Assembly: GCA_973895155.1 (NCBI GenBank)
Contig: OZ316891.1
Span: forward strand, 1,975,324-2,039,323
DNA length: 64,000 nt
Reading direction: 5' to 3'
From: Marsupella aquatica
Taxonomy: Eukaryota > Plantae > Marchantiophyta
Shown: positions 1-12,291 of the stretch, one piece after another
How the letters are laid out: each line of letters starts with the position of its first letter
Numbering within the stretch: position 1 is the first letter of the stretch
The notes under the pieces: model-generated
What the model was told of the DNA's origin: nothing
Seen by the model: only the letters and a program-made list of their open reading frames with translations
Databases searched by the model: none
Program-made: the position numbers and the translations under genes

Positions 1-1630
1 CGCCGCTGGTCTCATGCACGATGCTTTTGAGAACAAGCGAGACGGACTGGATTTGAGCCGGCGCAGCATGGTGCATGTTCCTGAGTTTTTTGGGCGAATT
101 GTGTCTCTCGTCAGGCTAAATCTTTCCAGCAACCAGCTCCAGGTCCGTTTGCATTGTTTTCGTGGGATATTTGGAACTCGCCGGATCATTTTCTGCATTT
201 TGCCGACATTTTTTCTCCTAGAGAGCACTGTTGACATCTGTTGTACAATTAAAACTCGGTTGCCCCAACTATCTTCAAGCGTGGGGAGTGTGAAAGCCAT
301 GGGACTAGGTTGCACACCTGTGTCGTGCTAAAAACCTCTACCTTCGTTAGGCTCTCCTTCTTCTCTGGCTTAGATCTTGCCTAGACCACCACTGGATGCA
401 AGGCCACTTTCTGTAAGCATAATCTGGACATTAGCAAATTTGGACATTGAGAGCTGTCAATTCGTTGGATTGGGTCTCGGTTCTCCATTGTAATCTTGTG
501 ACAGGGCTTTCATCACTGATTGAAACTCTCCTACTTTGGTTCTCGTGTGGGCAGGTCCTACCGGACTCTATTGCCGGCCTTGTGAACCTCGTGGAGCTGA
601 ATCTTCATTCAAATAACTTGAAGGCTTTGCCGGACTCAATCGGGCTGCTGACAAAGTTGAAATATTTGGATATATCCAGCAATGTGATGAAACGTCTACC
701 TGACAGTCTTGGACGGTGCAGGTAAACCGGGCAGTCCCCATATTTTCGTAAGCGACTGTTTATTCGTCCTTCAAATTATAGTTTAAACCTGTTAGTAGCC
801 TCGAGTCAAGCTAGAAACTGCCAACTAATCAGCTGCCGTTGGTCACGTTTCCGAACTACTTCAAAGGCAATTCTTTTGGTTGTACCGTGGAATATTTTGA
901 TGATGGATTTGTCTGATATCGTGTGGTTTGATGTTTTCACAGCTCATTGATGGAGTTCGATGCTAACTTCAATCAAATCGACTTCATATCCACCGATTTT
1001 GGGTTGCTCTTAGTAAACTTACAGAAGTTGGATCTTCATCTGAACAAGTTGAGCTCTGTGCCGTCCTCATTCTGTGAACTCTGGTCCCTCAAATATCTTG
1101 ATCTGCATATGAATAAGCTGAGGGGCCTTCCTTCAGCCATTGGCAACCTATCTCGGCTAGAGTACTTGGACGTGAGCAGCAACTTCAACGACTTGGTTGC
1201 CCTGCCAGAATCCATCGGCGACCTCGTTTCTCTCGAACATTGCAATTTGAGCTTCAACCAGATTAGGGAGCTGCCGGACTCCATGGGAAGGCTCGAGAAG
1301 CTTAAGAAGTTGAATTTGGATGGCAACCCCATGGTTGTTCCACCAATGGAGGTGGCGGAGAAGAGTCTCGAGGCTGTGATGGAATACATGCGGGAAAGGT
1401 GGAGAAGAAGCATCGAAGTTGACGATCAGGTATCTGACGGTGGCAATGCTGCCCCCCCGGCAGGTGCCTACGACTACAATGCATGGCTTCCTACCTGGGC
1501 TGCAGCATCGGTCAGCTCATGGTTTGATGGTTGGTGGGGCAACACTGAAGCTGCGCCTGATGGAAGACCCGGGAACCGTGTTGAATCTCAGCCCGGTCGG
1601 AGGAATGACTTCTTAGAGCAACAATTGTAG
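1..1630 (+). CDS. Plant intracellular Ras-group-related LRR protein (PIRL-like), 5'-partial; exons <1-142, 555-721, 943-1630
   Basis: Tandem LxxLxLxxNxLxxLPxSIG repeats over three ORF segments; GT-AG junctions at 142/555 (phase 0) and 721/943 join in frame; C-terminal [11 protein letters not shown] motif is typical of PIRLs. Confidence 0.85.
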
Positions 1631-2402
1631 GTCTCACTTGAAGTGTAGACATAGTGTGAAGAGATGTTGTGATAGATTTTTTACATATTTAGATCAAGGG
1701 AATGAGGCAGTTCGGGCTACCAACGTAAATCATGTTCTCACTATCCTATATTGTGCAAGTCTTCCTTGAAGCAGGTGCCTAGCTCCTTGGACGGGTTCTC
1801 GATGTGTATTTTGTTGGAGATTTTCTTTCCTCTGCGTCCGTGGAGGCTCTGCATCTACGGTTTGAAGCTTTTACGTGTACAGTTAAGAAATGATGATCTC
1901 TGTCCCCAGAAAGGATCAAATCATATGAATTTACAGATGCAAAGTTTCGTAAAGAATACGCGTTGATGGGTGACTGTTGTGATGCTCAGAAACCTTCTTG
2001 TTGTGTACTCGTATTGGATTGTGGCTGGTTTCAACCGTTAAAATTCAGTAATTTCGCGAATTAGGACACAAGACTTCGTCAATTTTCTTCATCCGTCTCA
2101 TCCTGACAAAAGAAAGGCTATCTTGTATTGACGGAAGCTCCTCCTACCACGTGTGGTTCTTATAGAATAGTAGTACATCGCTGCATCTGTCCGAGGCATA
2201 GGAATCAATTGAGACTCCTTCGGTATGGATGGCTGAGTCTACTTCGAGAGCGGAAAAGCACCCATTTTAGTGACATGCGACATTGCCAAAAATTTACTGC
2301 AGCGATATGGACACCCCAACAACTCAACCTAATTTTACCAATGTGTTGCTTACATCCTTACAACTGAATTGGATCTTTCCAAATAGGAGAATTACATTGT
2401 CT

Positions 2403-2518
2403 CACTCCGGTTAGCATTGCTAAGTCACTTTACAATTGATATTCGTCGGACAAATTTAAACACTCCGGATAGTATTGCTAAGCCACTTTACAATTGATAT
2501 TCGTCGGACAAATTTAAA
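2403..2518. repeat. Tandem duplication, 2 x ~58 bp
   Basis: cactccgg...cactttacaattgatattcgtcggacaaatttaaa at 2403 and again at 2461. Confidence 0.9.
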
Positions 2519-3982
2519 CAATATACGAGGAGTGCTTCGACTTGCTACAATATCCCCCATTCGCGCACAAATCCTTGCAGTCCCCAACTATTGTAGTCAG
2601 CTTCGTCTCATGATACTTTCCTGAGACGGAGGTACGTTGATTTTCAAGCTTGAAACCTGTCGAAGCTCGCAGGCTGAACTACAGGTGATTGAAGGTTGCT
2701 GCTGCACTGGATTGATAATTCCCGACGTTGGAGTGCATGTCAGCGCGAAGAATAACAATCATATACCCGATTATCATCAAAATTGCGCCATCGTGACGTC
2801 GAGAACTCCCCAGACTAGAAATATAGAGATGCTTGCCATGAACACCTTATCAACCTCTTAACAGTCTCTCCATACAATCGCTGGTACCGGCGATCCCATT
2901 CAAATCTCAAATTCTCTGCGCAATACTTGCTCGGATAGACCCTAAACCTGCACCCGAGAGGACTTACTTTGATCAAAACGAGAGTAGCAACCTAGCGCTG
3001 GTAATTCCTTCACGTAGGTCTTGGGGGCACAGTTCTGAGTATCCATTTCAATTCCAAGGAATTTTGAACCTCCAACAAAGTAAGGTTGTCTCGATGGTCT
3101 TGTGTGGATGGTCTCGATGGTCCGATGTCTAAAGTTTGGCTGTCTCGACCATCGAGAGAAGTTCCCTTGAAGCTTTGTTTCGTGGCCTTCAATAGATAGA
3201 CAACCAAATGCAAAAGAACAGCATACAGACCTTCCATCCATTTTACAAGGAGGTCGAGACGATGACCAGATTCTCCACAAGGGATCCACACGCTAGTCAT
3301 GATCATGTACTCCAATGATCATATTCTTTCGCATCGCCTGGATAAAATTATGTGCCTCGAAGATCACTATATTGCCCAAGTAGCTGCAAACCTGCCTACT
3401 GCAGCAACCCACGACAGCAAAAGTACTCATAGATCTATTAAACCCAGTTATTTCTTATCATTCTGGCTGAGGTAAGGGGAGAAAACTGTGTTATACATTT
3501 TTAATTCTAGATAAGAAACCCGAGATAGTGAATGATTTGATGACATCTTGAAAATCGACCTGAACTGGGCATGCATGCAAATCTGGCTCTGCAACGAGAA
3601 AGCTTAACCCATAAACTAAATTGCCACCTGAGTAGAAGTTCTGTAAGTTTGCTGTCTCGAATCTGAAATATCTAACGTCCTCAACAGTGTAGTTGTAGAG
3701 ACAGGCGTCTGTTTCTGCAATCCTCACTCAGGCACCGAAAAGTTCAGTGAGAAGGCTGCACTGAGTTGTGGTAATCTGGAAGGTCTCCATTGTTCCGCTC
3801 CTTCGTCTGCTTAGTTCATCCACCTAATTGTTCCATTGCCCTTCCAGAAGGGCACTGCACATTGAAAGACAACAGACCTGTTTCTTTTTATAGGATTCGT
3901 TGATGAGTCCATGATTCGGAAACAGTCTCCTCCCTGAAAGTCACAATCGCATGCGTTTCTTCCAGTTGCTCTTAGTGCGGTA

Positions 3983-4129
3983 CACATTCTTAATACGTGC
4001 CGTGTGAGAAAATTCAGGACTCGTGGATGTGCACATTCTTACTACAAGCCGTGTGAGAAAATTCAGGACTCGTGGAGGTGCACATTCTTAGTACGTGCTC
4101 TGTGAGAAAATTCAGGACTCGTGGATGTG
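3983..4129. repeat. Minisatellite, 3 x 49 bp
   Basis: cacattctt...gtgagaaaattcaggactcgtgga units start at 3983, 4032 and 4081. Confidence 0.9.
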
Positions 4130-4374
4130 AACACGGCGGGGGCCTGGGAACTGTCCAAGTAAGGAAAGTGCCGTTTCGGTTCATTAATTACGGAAACGTG
4201 AACAAACGTTTTTCCCAGAATTTTGCGCGAAAGTTAAGAAGACCATAGAGAACGAGACAGCCACTTAGCCAGGACTCGATCATGGAGCTTGCTGTAGCTC
4301 CAAAAGCAACGAGACACGTTTTTCACTGTCATGTACTGCCCAAGATGTTTGTCGCTGACAGCTCCCGGAAGTTA

Positions 4375-4575
4375 GGGGTTTGGTCATGTCGCGATTTAAC
4401 CTCCTGGATTTTGAACTCTGCTAACAGCTTCGTGAAGTTAAGTGTTCAGTCATGTCGCAATTGAAGTTCCTGGATGTTGAACTCCGTGCTAACATCTTCT
4501 GAAGCTAAGTGTTTAGTCATGTCGCAATTAGAGCTCCTGGATTTCGAACTCCGTGCTAACAACTTCCTGAAGTTG
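4375..4575. repeat. Degenerate minisatellite, ~3 x 66-67 bp
   Basis: gtcatgtcgc...tcctggat...gaactc...gctaaca recurs at about 4383, 4449 and 4516. Confidence 0.8.
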
Positions 4576-5352
4576 AAGTGCTCCTAGTGAGTTTGCATCC
4601 ATAACCTACGTTGACGCAAAACGACCATCGTAACCAACAAGAGGTGAGAGTCGACCCAATGTCATGATGATGCTGGATACTGGAGGTCCTACGCCGAGTT
4701 TGGCGACAAAGAAGTTGACGTAATGTAAAGACCGACCGGTCGAATGGGATACGAGGTACAATAAATTTTGTCGCTCTTCTGTTGCTATCAATCCACCGGC
4801 AGATTAGACTAGACAGACTAGACCGTGACAAAAATCTGACACCCAGACGAAACCCACATCCATGAGATTGACAGTCCAATCTTCACTGAAAAAACTCAAC
4901 AATAGGATTACGCCTGAAGAATCTAGAGAGTACTTGGAAGTTCTCTATCAAAGTTCTCCATCGTCCCCAGTTGACGTTCTAGAGTTTATTGAACTACACG
5001 AGAGGACCACAATGGGGATGAGAGCACAATAAGCTCCCAATACGGTTCCAAGCAGCCCCCAATACGATGGACAACCTCACCCAGCCAATGTTGCAGATGG
5101 CGTCGGTGGTGTTGCCGTTCACCTCAACACTTATTAAGGCAATTAAAGTCAATAGATACAAGAGAGGATTGCGCAATCCACCGAACTTGCCGGGAGAGGT
5201 AGGATGAATTGCAGTGGCCTTATATTTCACAAAACGAGAAGCCCCCTATTCACGCGGCCTGCCAGGGCCTAACATGATAACTAATGATTGAAGTGTTTTA
5301 CATGGTTTTATTTCTACTCAAAGAATGATTGGACCCAACTACTAGTTCTACA

Positions 5353-8300
5353 CTATTCTCTCATTCTACTTATTCCAGCACCTAGAGCTCCCATCTGCCG
5401 TTCTCTCATTCTATTCAACACATCAGTTGAGGACAAAGCTTTCCCTGCAGCGCTTCCTGCCCCAGTCCCTGGTAGCTGTCGAGCAGTGCTTGGAAGATCA
5501 GAACGAACCTCCTGTACACTCCTCGATTGTACATTTGAAATACTGGTGGTTTGTACAGCTGAAACTGACACCAATCGTGTGTTTGTTGTGGATCCGAACC
5601 TCCTCCGAACACTAGTAGGCGCTCCAGCTTCTCCTGACCTCCCAGTCCACGTTGGAACTGCGATGTTGTCACTAGACCGGAGCATCCTAGACCTTCTCAG
5701 TTCATCAACAGCACGCTGGGCGACACGCCCGGCCTCTTGATCCACCAAAACTTTTTCTTTCTCGCTCACAGCCAAAATAGCATCATGGTCCATTGCAGAC
5801 TGTCACAAACAAACGTACAGTGTTAATATCTAATACCTTTCTAATTCCACGAAGAAAGAAAGATAGACTAGCTAACCAGGATCTTAGAAAGTTCATAATT
5901 TAGGTAGAGGCTCAGAGTATTTGTGCCGGCCATGAGTAAACACTTACATGGATACCATTTGCTTCGAAAAGGTTTTTCAGGATGCGTGATTCCTCCTCAA
6001 GGGTGTCCTCATCTCCATTTTCCGTATTCTTGCCCTTCGAGACAGCTGTCTCTGATGATATTCGGTGTTCTACAATGACTGGATTTCGTCTACCAGATTT
6101 TCTCCTGCCATTGCTAGTTTTACTTAAATCGATTTCTTCGCCTGACTGGGTGTTCGGATGACCAGAAAGTATATCCGCTACGTCTTCAAAGAGGTTGGCT
6201 GTCTCAGTTTTGATACTACCATGTGTATCTTCCTGCAACGTAAAAAGGTCACGCATGTCCCTGGCCTTGAAAATACGGCGTTGTTGAGGATCTTTCAGTA
6301 TTTTGTTCGTTAAGAAGTGCTTGTAAATCTGGCGATGATAGACTTTCTCCTCTATGGTGCCCCTCGTAATGAGGCGGTAAATAGTGACATCCTTTTTCTG
6401 ACCAATTCGCCAAGCACGTTCCCTAGCCTGCAAGAGATAAGTCATGACCCGCCGAGAGACATACTGCGTCAGATCCTTTCATTGAAAACATCATTGCTAT
6501 TATGTTTCCTTCAAATTGCTGCAGTCATTCAAAAGAATGATGGCGAAATTAACTTTCTCCTCAAGTTCGCACATACCAACAAAGAAAAGACCTTTTAGAA
6601 CTGAAGACGTGAGAAGACAGATAAGAAAGCTACCTGCATATCAGTAGAAGGATTCCAGTCTGGGTCGAAGATGATAACCCGGTTGGCTCCCGTCAAGTTA
6701 GTACCGAGCCCTCCAACTTTCGTAGTCAAAATGAACAAAAAGACGTGCTCTGATTCGTTGAACTCATCTATTAGTGCCATACGTTGCCTCACGGCAGTAG
6801 AGCCATCCATTCGCCGGTACTCATAGTCTTGAGATTCAGCAAAATTCTGTAAGATATCCAGCATTTGCTGAGTTTGAGTGAATATAAGCACGCGATGTCC
6901 TTGGCTCTTCCACAGACTCAAAATCTGCGTAACCAGTTTGAGCTTTCCACTGCGTTCTGGATTTCCATAATCAGGATTTCCTCCACAATGCTCCCTCTCT
7001 AGTAAGTCCGGGTGATTACAGATCTTTCGCAATATATCGATACCGTATAACGAATTTCTGTTTCCTTCCATGATCTGCTCCACCTCAGAGCTTCCCAAAA
7101 ATGCACGATATGCAGCACGTTGCTCTGTTGAGAGACTGCAGAACAGCACGTGCTCCGTCTTTTTCGTGAGATTCGCATTGACGTCCACTTTCATCCTTCG
7201 GAGAAGATAAGGGAGTATCAAGTCTCGTAGAACTACGGCACACTTGTAAGCCGTGGAAACTTGAAGTGGCGTCGCATTTGCATACCCACCAATTTGGATA
7301 GGTAGCGCAAATTGTGCATGAAAAACTGGAAGCACTCCTAACTTACCAGGGAACACAAAGTCAAATAGTGACCAGAGCTCAGTCAGCCTGTTTTGTATGG
7401 GAGCTCCCGTCATGATCAACCTGTGAACTGTCTGTAGTTGCTTACAAACAAGAGTTACCTCCGCATCTGGATTCCGTATCCTGTGACCTTCATCGAGAAC
7501 GGCATAACCCCAATTAATGTCAAGCAGCTTTTCACGATGAACTCGGAGCTGTTCATAAGTCGTGATCAAAAGCCCCGACTCAGATTCAACTACCTTTTTT
7601 ATCATTGCATCCCATCTGTTGCCTTTTGTTGGTTTAGTTTCCATCTCACTTTCACTGTCGTTACCGTCCTTATCATTCTCACTCCCACTGCTTTTAGCCT
7701 CCTCTGAAGACCCTGCCTTTTTCTTGTTAAATTTCTTGACCCGGCCCCCCTTGAGTGCTGAATCATGTAAAATCACTGCTTTGAAGTATGGATACCACTT
7801 TTTCACCTCCCGCTTCCACTGTCGCAGCAGAGTGACAGGGCAAATAACAACACTAGGGCTATAGAGACCACTATAATGCAATGCTGCCAAAAAAGCAATG
7901 ACCTGAATCGTCTTTCCAAGACCCATCTCGTCGCCTATAATACCTCCTGCCTTCTGACAATGTAGTTCCCACATCCACTTTACCCCAGTTTGCTGATAGG
8001 AGAACAGCTTATCATAGATAGCACCTGGAATTTTCAGACCCCCTTCTAAAACCACATCCAACTCCTCCTTTGCTTCGTCCTCTTCGTCATCTTCCAGATT
8101 CTCCCCCTCTAAAGGCTCCTTCCCCAATCCGTTGTCTAGAATTTCATTTGACATATGCGCTAATCTCAACCGCCTTCTCTTGCCATTGGTCTGTCTTCCG
8201 GATGCATCATCATCTGATCGAGCCTTTGCATCTTCTAGCGAGTCACTCTCACTGTCACTAGATGCATCAACCTTTCTTCTCCACTTCTTGTCAGCTTGCG

Positions 8301-9958
8301 GTCTCTTCCTCTTCGGCTGAGGTTTGGCACGGCTCTTCACTGGCTTTTCATCGCCTTCGTCAGCGGTAACTCGTTTGAAGGGGGTCCGCAGATGACGAAA
8401 CTCGCGAGTTGGGCCATCCAGTTTGGGTAACTCTGAGCTCTCCAGCAGCCTTGTTGTAGGCCTTGCTTTATTGATAGCAGACATTGATGCTGCTGCATTC
8501 GCAATGGAGCTCCTAACGAGATCATTTTCAACTTCATTATTCGGTGGAGGTCTCTCGGCAGGCCTTGATTGCACCCGCCGCTCAAAGCCACCAACCTTAG
8601 TAAAAGGTGTAATGACACCCTTCCGAATGAGCTTCTCGCGTTCCTGATCCCAAAAGAAAACAATTCGAATCAACAGCCTTTCCCAAGAGAGAGTGGAACA
8701 TATTTCAGTTACCAACGCCAATAATACAAAACCTTACCAACTACCTGCGAGTTTTGCCTATTATCTTCGCAACAGAGACTTGTCCGGCTACTTTATGTCA
8801 AACTTGTAATGCCCAAGCTGACCAAATCTCAAACCTGTTGGCAAAGTGGAAATGAAACAGATAAGGTTTTCACAGAAATTTACAGTCTCAACAGACCCGG
8901 AAGCTGCATCCAAAGCTGCATCAAAATCATCATCTTCTACGAAAGAGATGACCCGAGGTTTAGAGACGGCTTTAGCGGCTTGTTCTTTCCCTCTACTGAT
9001 TCCTGATGAAGAACCCGGTCCTTTTTGTATCCCCGGTTGAAGAGGTTTCGACCCAGTTTCCAGAGAAGTCTTGGATTTCTCCACCTTCTTCAATTTCAAT
9101 GTGAGATTCTTCCGCTTCGTCTTCAGGCTGTCCAGACGCTCATCCAGAAGCGCCAGGTGCATTGCTTCACCACCATCCTTAAGACTGATAGGAACCCCCT
9201 TCCTCTTCCGTTTCTTTGCACTTCCTTCCGCTGTGTCGGCTTTCTCACCTCCGGACTCTGACCCATTGAAAGCCTCGCGGGCTGCTGTGACAGCTGCAAT
9301 TTCCTTCTCCAGAGTGCCCAGAACCGATCGGATCCGAGTTGTCCCTGTCCTAACTTCAGTGAATTCAGGGTCATTGTCCCGCAAAAAGTCCTGAGCAGCT
9401 GCCACATCTTCGCCTCCTTGCTCTCCCAATTCCTCACCAGAAGCCTCCTTTGCCCGCTCCTCAACCTGAACGATTCCCAGGGCCTGTTATTAGCACCCTT
9501 CAACGCCATACACACTTCGCACCAGTCCTTCGTCACTAAATCTAGTGAAATTACCAACTACAATAATGCAAATCGTACCCAACCACATTCTGAACTGAAC
9601 TTCAGCTTGTCCAGCAAAACAGAAACCATGTCGGTGAACGAAAAATACAGAAAAAGTAACCAGCTGACAAGCTCCATCAATTCAATCTGAAAGTGCTGAT
9701 GTAACTGTCTCTCAAGAACAGATATTAGCCTCAAATTCAACCTGAATCTATGCGGTGTCGCGTAAGACGAGACATCGCTTCACGAAAAGGTCTGCGACCG
9801 ATTTGTACAAAGACATGGTAAGGAATCTCAAAACCACAAAGGCATCAGTGGGCAAACAGATAGCAAACCTGTTCTAGTAGAACCCTCTCGTAGTCACTCG
9901 GATTGGCAGTGACTACGCCCAACCGCGCCAGCAACTCTTCATCCGCATCACCGGCCAT
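5353..9958 (-). CDS. CHR8: Chromatin remodeling 8 / CSB-ERCC6-RAD26-like SNF2 ATPase; exons 9958-9869, 9465-8884, 8643-6634, 6427-5948, 5799-5353
   Basis: [51 protein letters not shown] and [18 protein letters not shown] motifs; PTWTGRSG in the C-terminus; all four GT-AG introns are phase 0 and join in frame. Confidence 0.95.
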
Positions 9959-10457
9959 TGAGCACTCCTCTGCTCGGGCCTTCCGATGTGGCAGCCCTAA
10001 AATCCCGCCCCAGCCGGAGCACCAAATACCAATCCCACCGAATTTCTCCACTGTCAGCTTCTCATCGTCCCGACTCCATCCAACAAACCTGTTCCACTTC
10101 TTCCATCATGGGATCCATCGCTCAAAATCAGCGACAAATCTATCCATCCATCGAAATCAGGAAACCATAATCACCTTTCCACCGTGACCTTTCACAGGTT
10201 CATTTCCGGAAAGACCTTTCCCCGTTCTACAATTTATGGAGCGAGCGAAGACCCCGATCGTCCGAATCTCCATCGCGCGATTATCTCGTCAGGCTTCTTC
10301 GTCACTCATCAGTGTGACACGCCGACCGCTCTGCCATTATTCTCGACCAAATGTTGCGACTTGAGGAACGAGAGTTTCTCGTGTGAAGAGAGGAGACGTG
10401 TTCTTCTCTGGAGCCTGAAGATTAGTAGAGTGCACTGACTAATAATAATTATGATTA

Positions 10458-10915
10458 CAGTCGGCTCTCTCTAAGTGCAAACTCCATAAGTGCAAAACCT
10501 GGATAAATGCAAGGAATTATGTTCTGCCCTTTTATTTTACAAGGAGTTTGCACTTTTTTGCACCTTTATAAGTGCAAAGAGGCCTGGAATCATTTTACTG
10601 AAAGACAACTTTATGAGTGCAAAACCCTTGATAAGTGTATGTTTGCACTTATTGGTAAGCTCACAATCCCTTAAAATTGCATTTACTGATAAGTGCATGC
10701 CATTTTTTAATAGAGTACAGAATGCAAGTATGTACCATTTGTGTTCCGAGCCATTAGACTGCCCACTAGCAGATAACGCATCTACATTTAAATAATGCAC
10801 ACATATGGACAAGAGCAAAATTTAGGGGCTTTGCACTTATTAAGTGATAAAAACCCTGGTTTAGTGCACACTGGGTCTGTCTTCCCGAGAGTGTGAACTT
10901 AGAGAAAGTTAACTA
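10458..10915. mobile_element. Old non-autonomous Tc1/mariner-pogo-like MITE (~460 bp)
   Basis: Left end TA|CAGTCGGCTCTCTCTAAGTGCAAACT; right end AGTGTGAACTTAGAGAAAGTTAACTA|TA is a degenerate reverse complement; internal repeated ATAAGTGCA/TGCACTTAT motifs. Confidence 0.6.
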
Positions 10916-11190
10916 TACAGTGCATCATTTGACAGAACATGATGCTCCCATGGACCGAGCCCATGAACCATAGAACCCTCATGGACCATGACACCTTTTA
11001 TACCTACAGCCATAAATTGACACCTTGTTGGTTTCCAAAAACATGCTTTCACACCTTCACTCATTGACACCCTATTAGTTTCCAAGCTCCTACTGATCAT
11101 ATCTATAATTATAATAAGGGATCCTGCCTTTTTTAGTCCTTCATCCCAATACAAAAAAGGCTCCTGGACAGGAAAGATCCACAACCATTG

Positions 11191-11534
11191 TGTTAGATAT
11201 TGGTCTAGTCTTGTGACTCATGAGCTAACTATAATTAAGCTAACTCGGGTTAGGACTTAGCTAATGTTAGCGGTAGTGCTGTTGTGCATATAGCCAGGGC
11301 TGATGCCAGACCCTGGTGGAACAAAGGCTCATTGTTACGGAGCTAGTTGAGAGATAGGGAGAGCTTGTGCTGTGGATGCTTGGTATGGCCGGTCGGCCTA
11401 GAGTGCAGTAAAGCTCTTGTGTGTTCCCGTGGACGTAGCCTCATGTGGAGGTGAACCACGTATCTCTCTGTGTCGACTATTGTGCGCTGGATGGTTCATG
11501 GGCTTGCCGTTACGAATGTCGTCTATGCTCAACA
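11191..11534 (+). repeat. Copia 5' LTR (344 bp)
   Basis: Direct repeat of 25075-25418; I count 6 substitutions by eye. Confidence 0.95.
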
Positions 11535-12291
11535 AGTGATATCAGAGCATGCCTGGGAGGTGACGAGGTTTTTTCGTGACAGGTTTTTTCCAGCGTTCAT
11601 TGTCGATGGTACATTCAGAGTTTCGTCGCATGAAACTTGAATGTGTGTGGCTGTGCGGATAGGTTAGTGAGAGGGCTTTCTAACGGTGGTTAGAACTCGC
11701 TGATCGGTATCCGTGGTGCGGAGGAATCGAAGTTTGCGTCGTTCAGGTTTTATTCGTGTTCGACGGTTTTTCGGGGGAGAGACCAGAGTTTGTGTTTTCA
11801 ACAGTGTGAGCTGTGCGGTGCGGGAGGCATCGCATGTTGTAGCTCAAGTTGAAGGTTGAAGCAAGCTGATCGTTTTGGTAGTTGATTTGTTGCCGCGTTG
11901 TTACCGAGTGCGACGTGACGAGTGACGGAGGCGTTCAGGTTTTTTCACAAGCTATGGAGCTTGTTCTCATCTAAACCGGGTTTCTCTTCGTGACGTCTGA
12001 CTCGGTGGAAGAAACGCGAAGTGCTACGGCTCAATGGTTTGATCGCGGCGAAGCGGTCGTTTTGAGTCCGGGATTGGCACTTGACGCGGAGTGAGTGTGA
12101 CACAGCAAAATTTTTTTTCTCTGCTAGAGCTGCAGACTATGCTGGTGCAATTTGGCAACATTTCCCGTCGGCGGCGTTCACTTTTCTCGTTGGAAACAGC
12201 AGTTGTTAAGCTTCGTGGGCTACGCGGCGGTGTTGAGTTTTGAGTTTTATGAGAAGTTTCGAAAAAAGATGTTTTTTCGTGATTGTTTCAT

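Noticed and set aside
2940-3320. Minus-strand ORFs as a retroelement fragment
   Set aside because: No diagnostic motif is recognisable.
3983-4575. Regularly spaced repeats as a CRISPR-like array
   Set aside because: The units are head-to-tail with no unique spacers, there are no cas genes, and the context is eukaryotic; these are ordinary minisatellites.
4700-4830. Minus-strand peptide LICRWIDSNRRATKFIVPRIPFDRSVF as the missing CHR8 winged-helix exon
   Set aside because: The resemblance is weak and I could not support an in-phase donor/acceptor pair.
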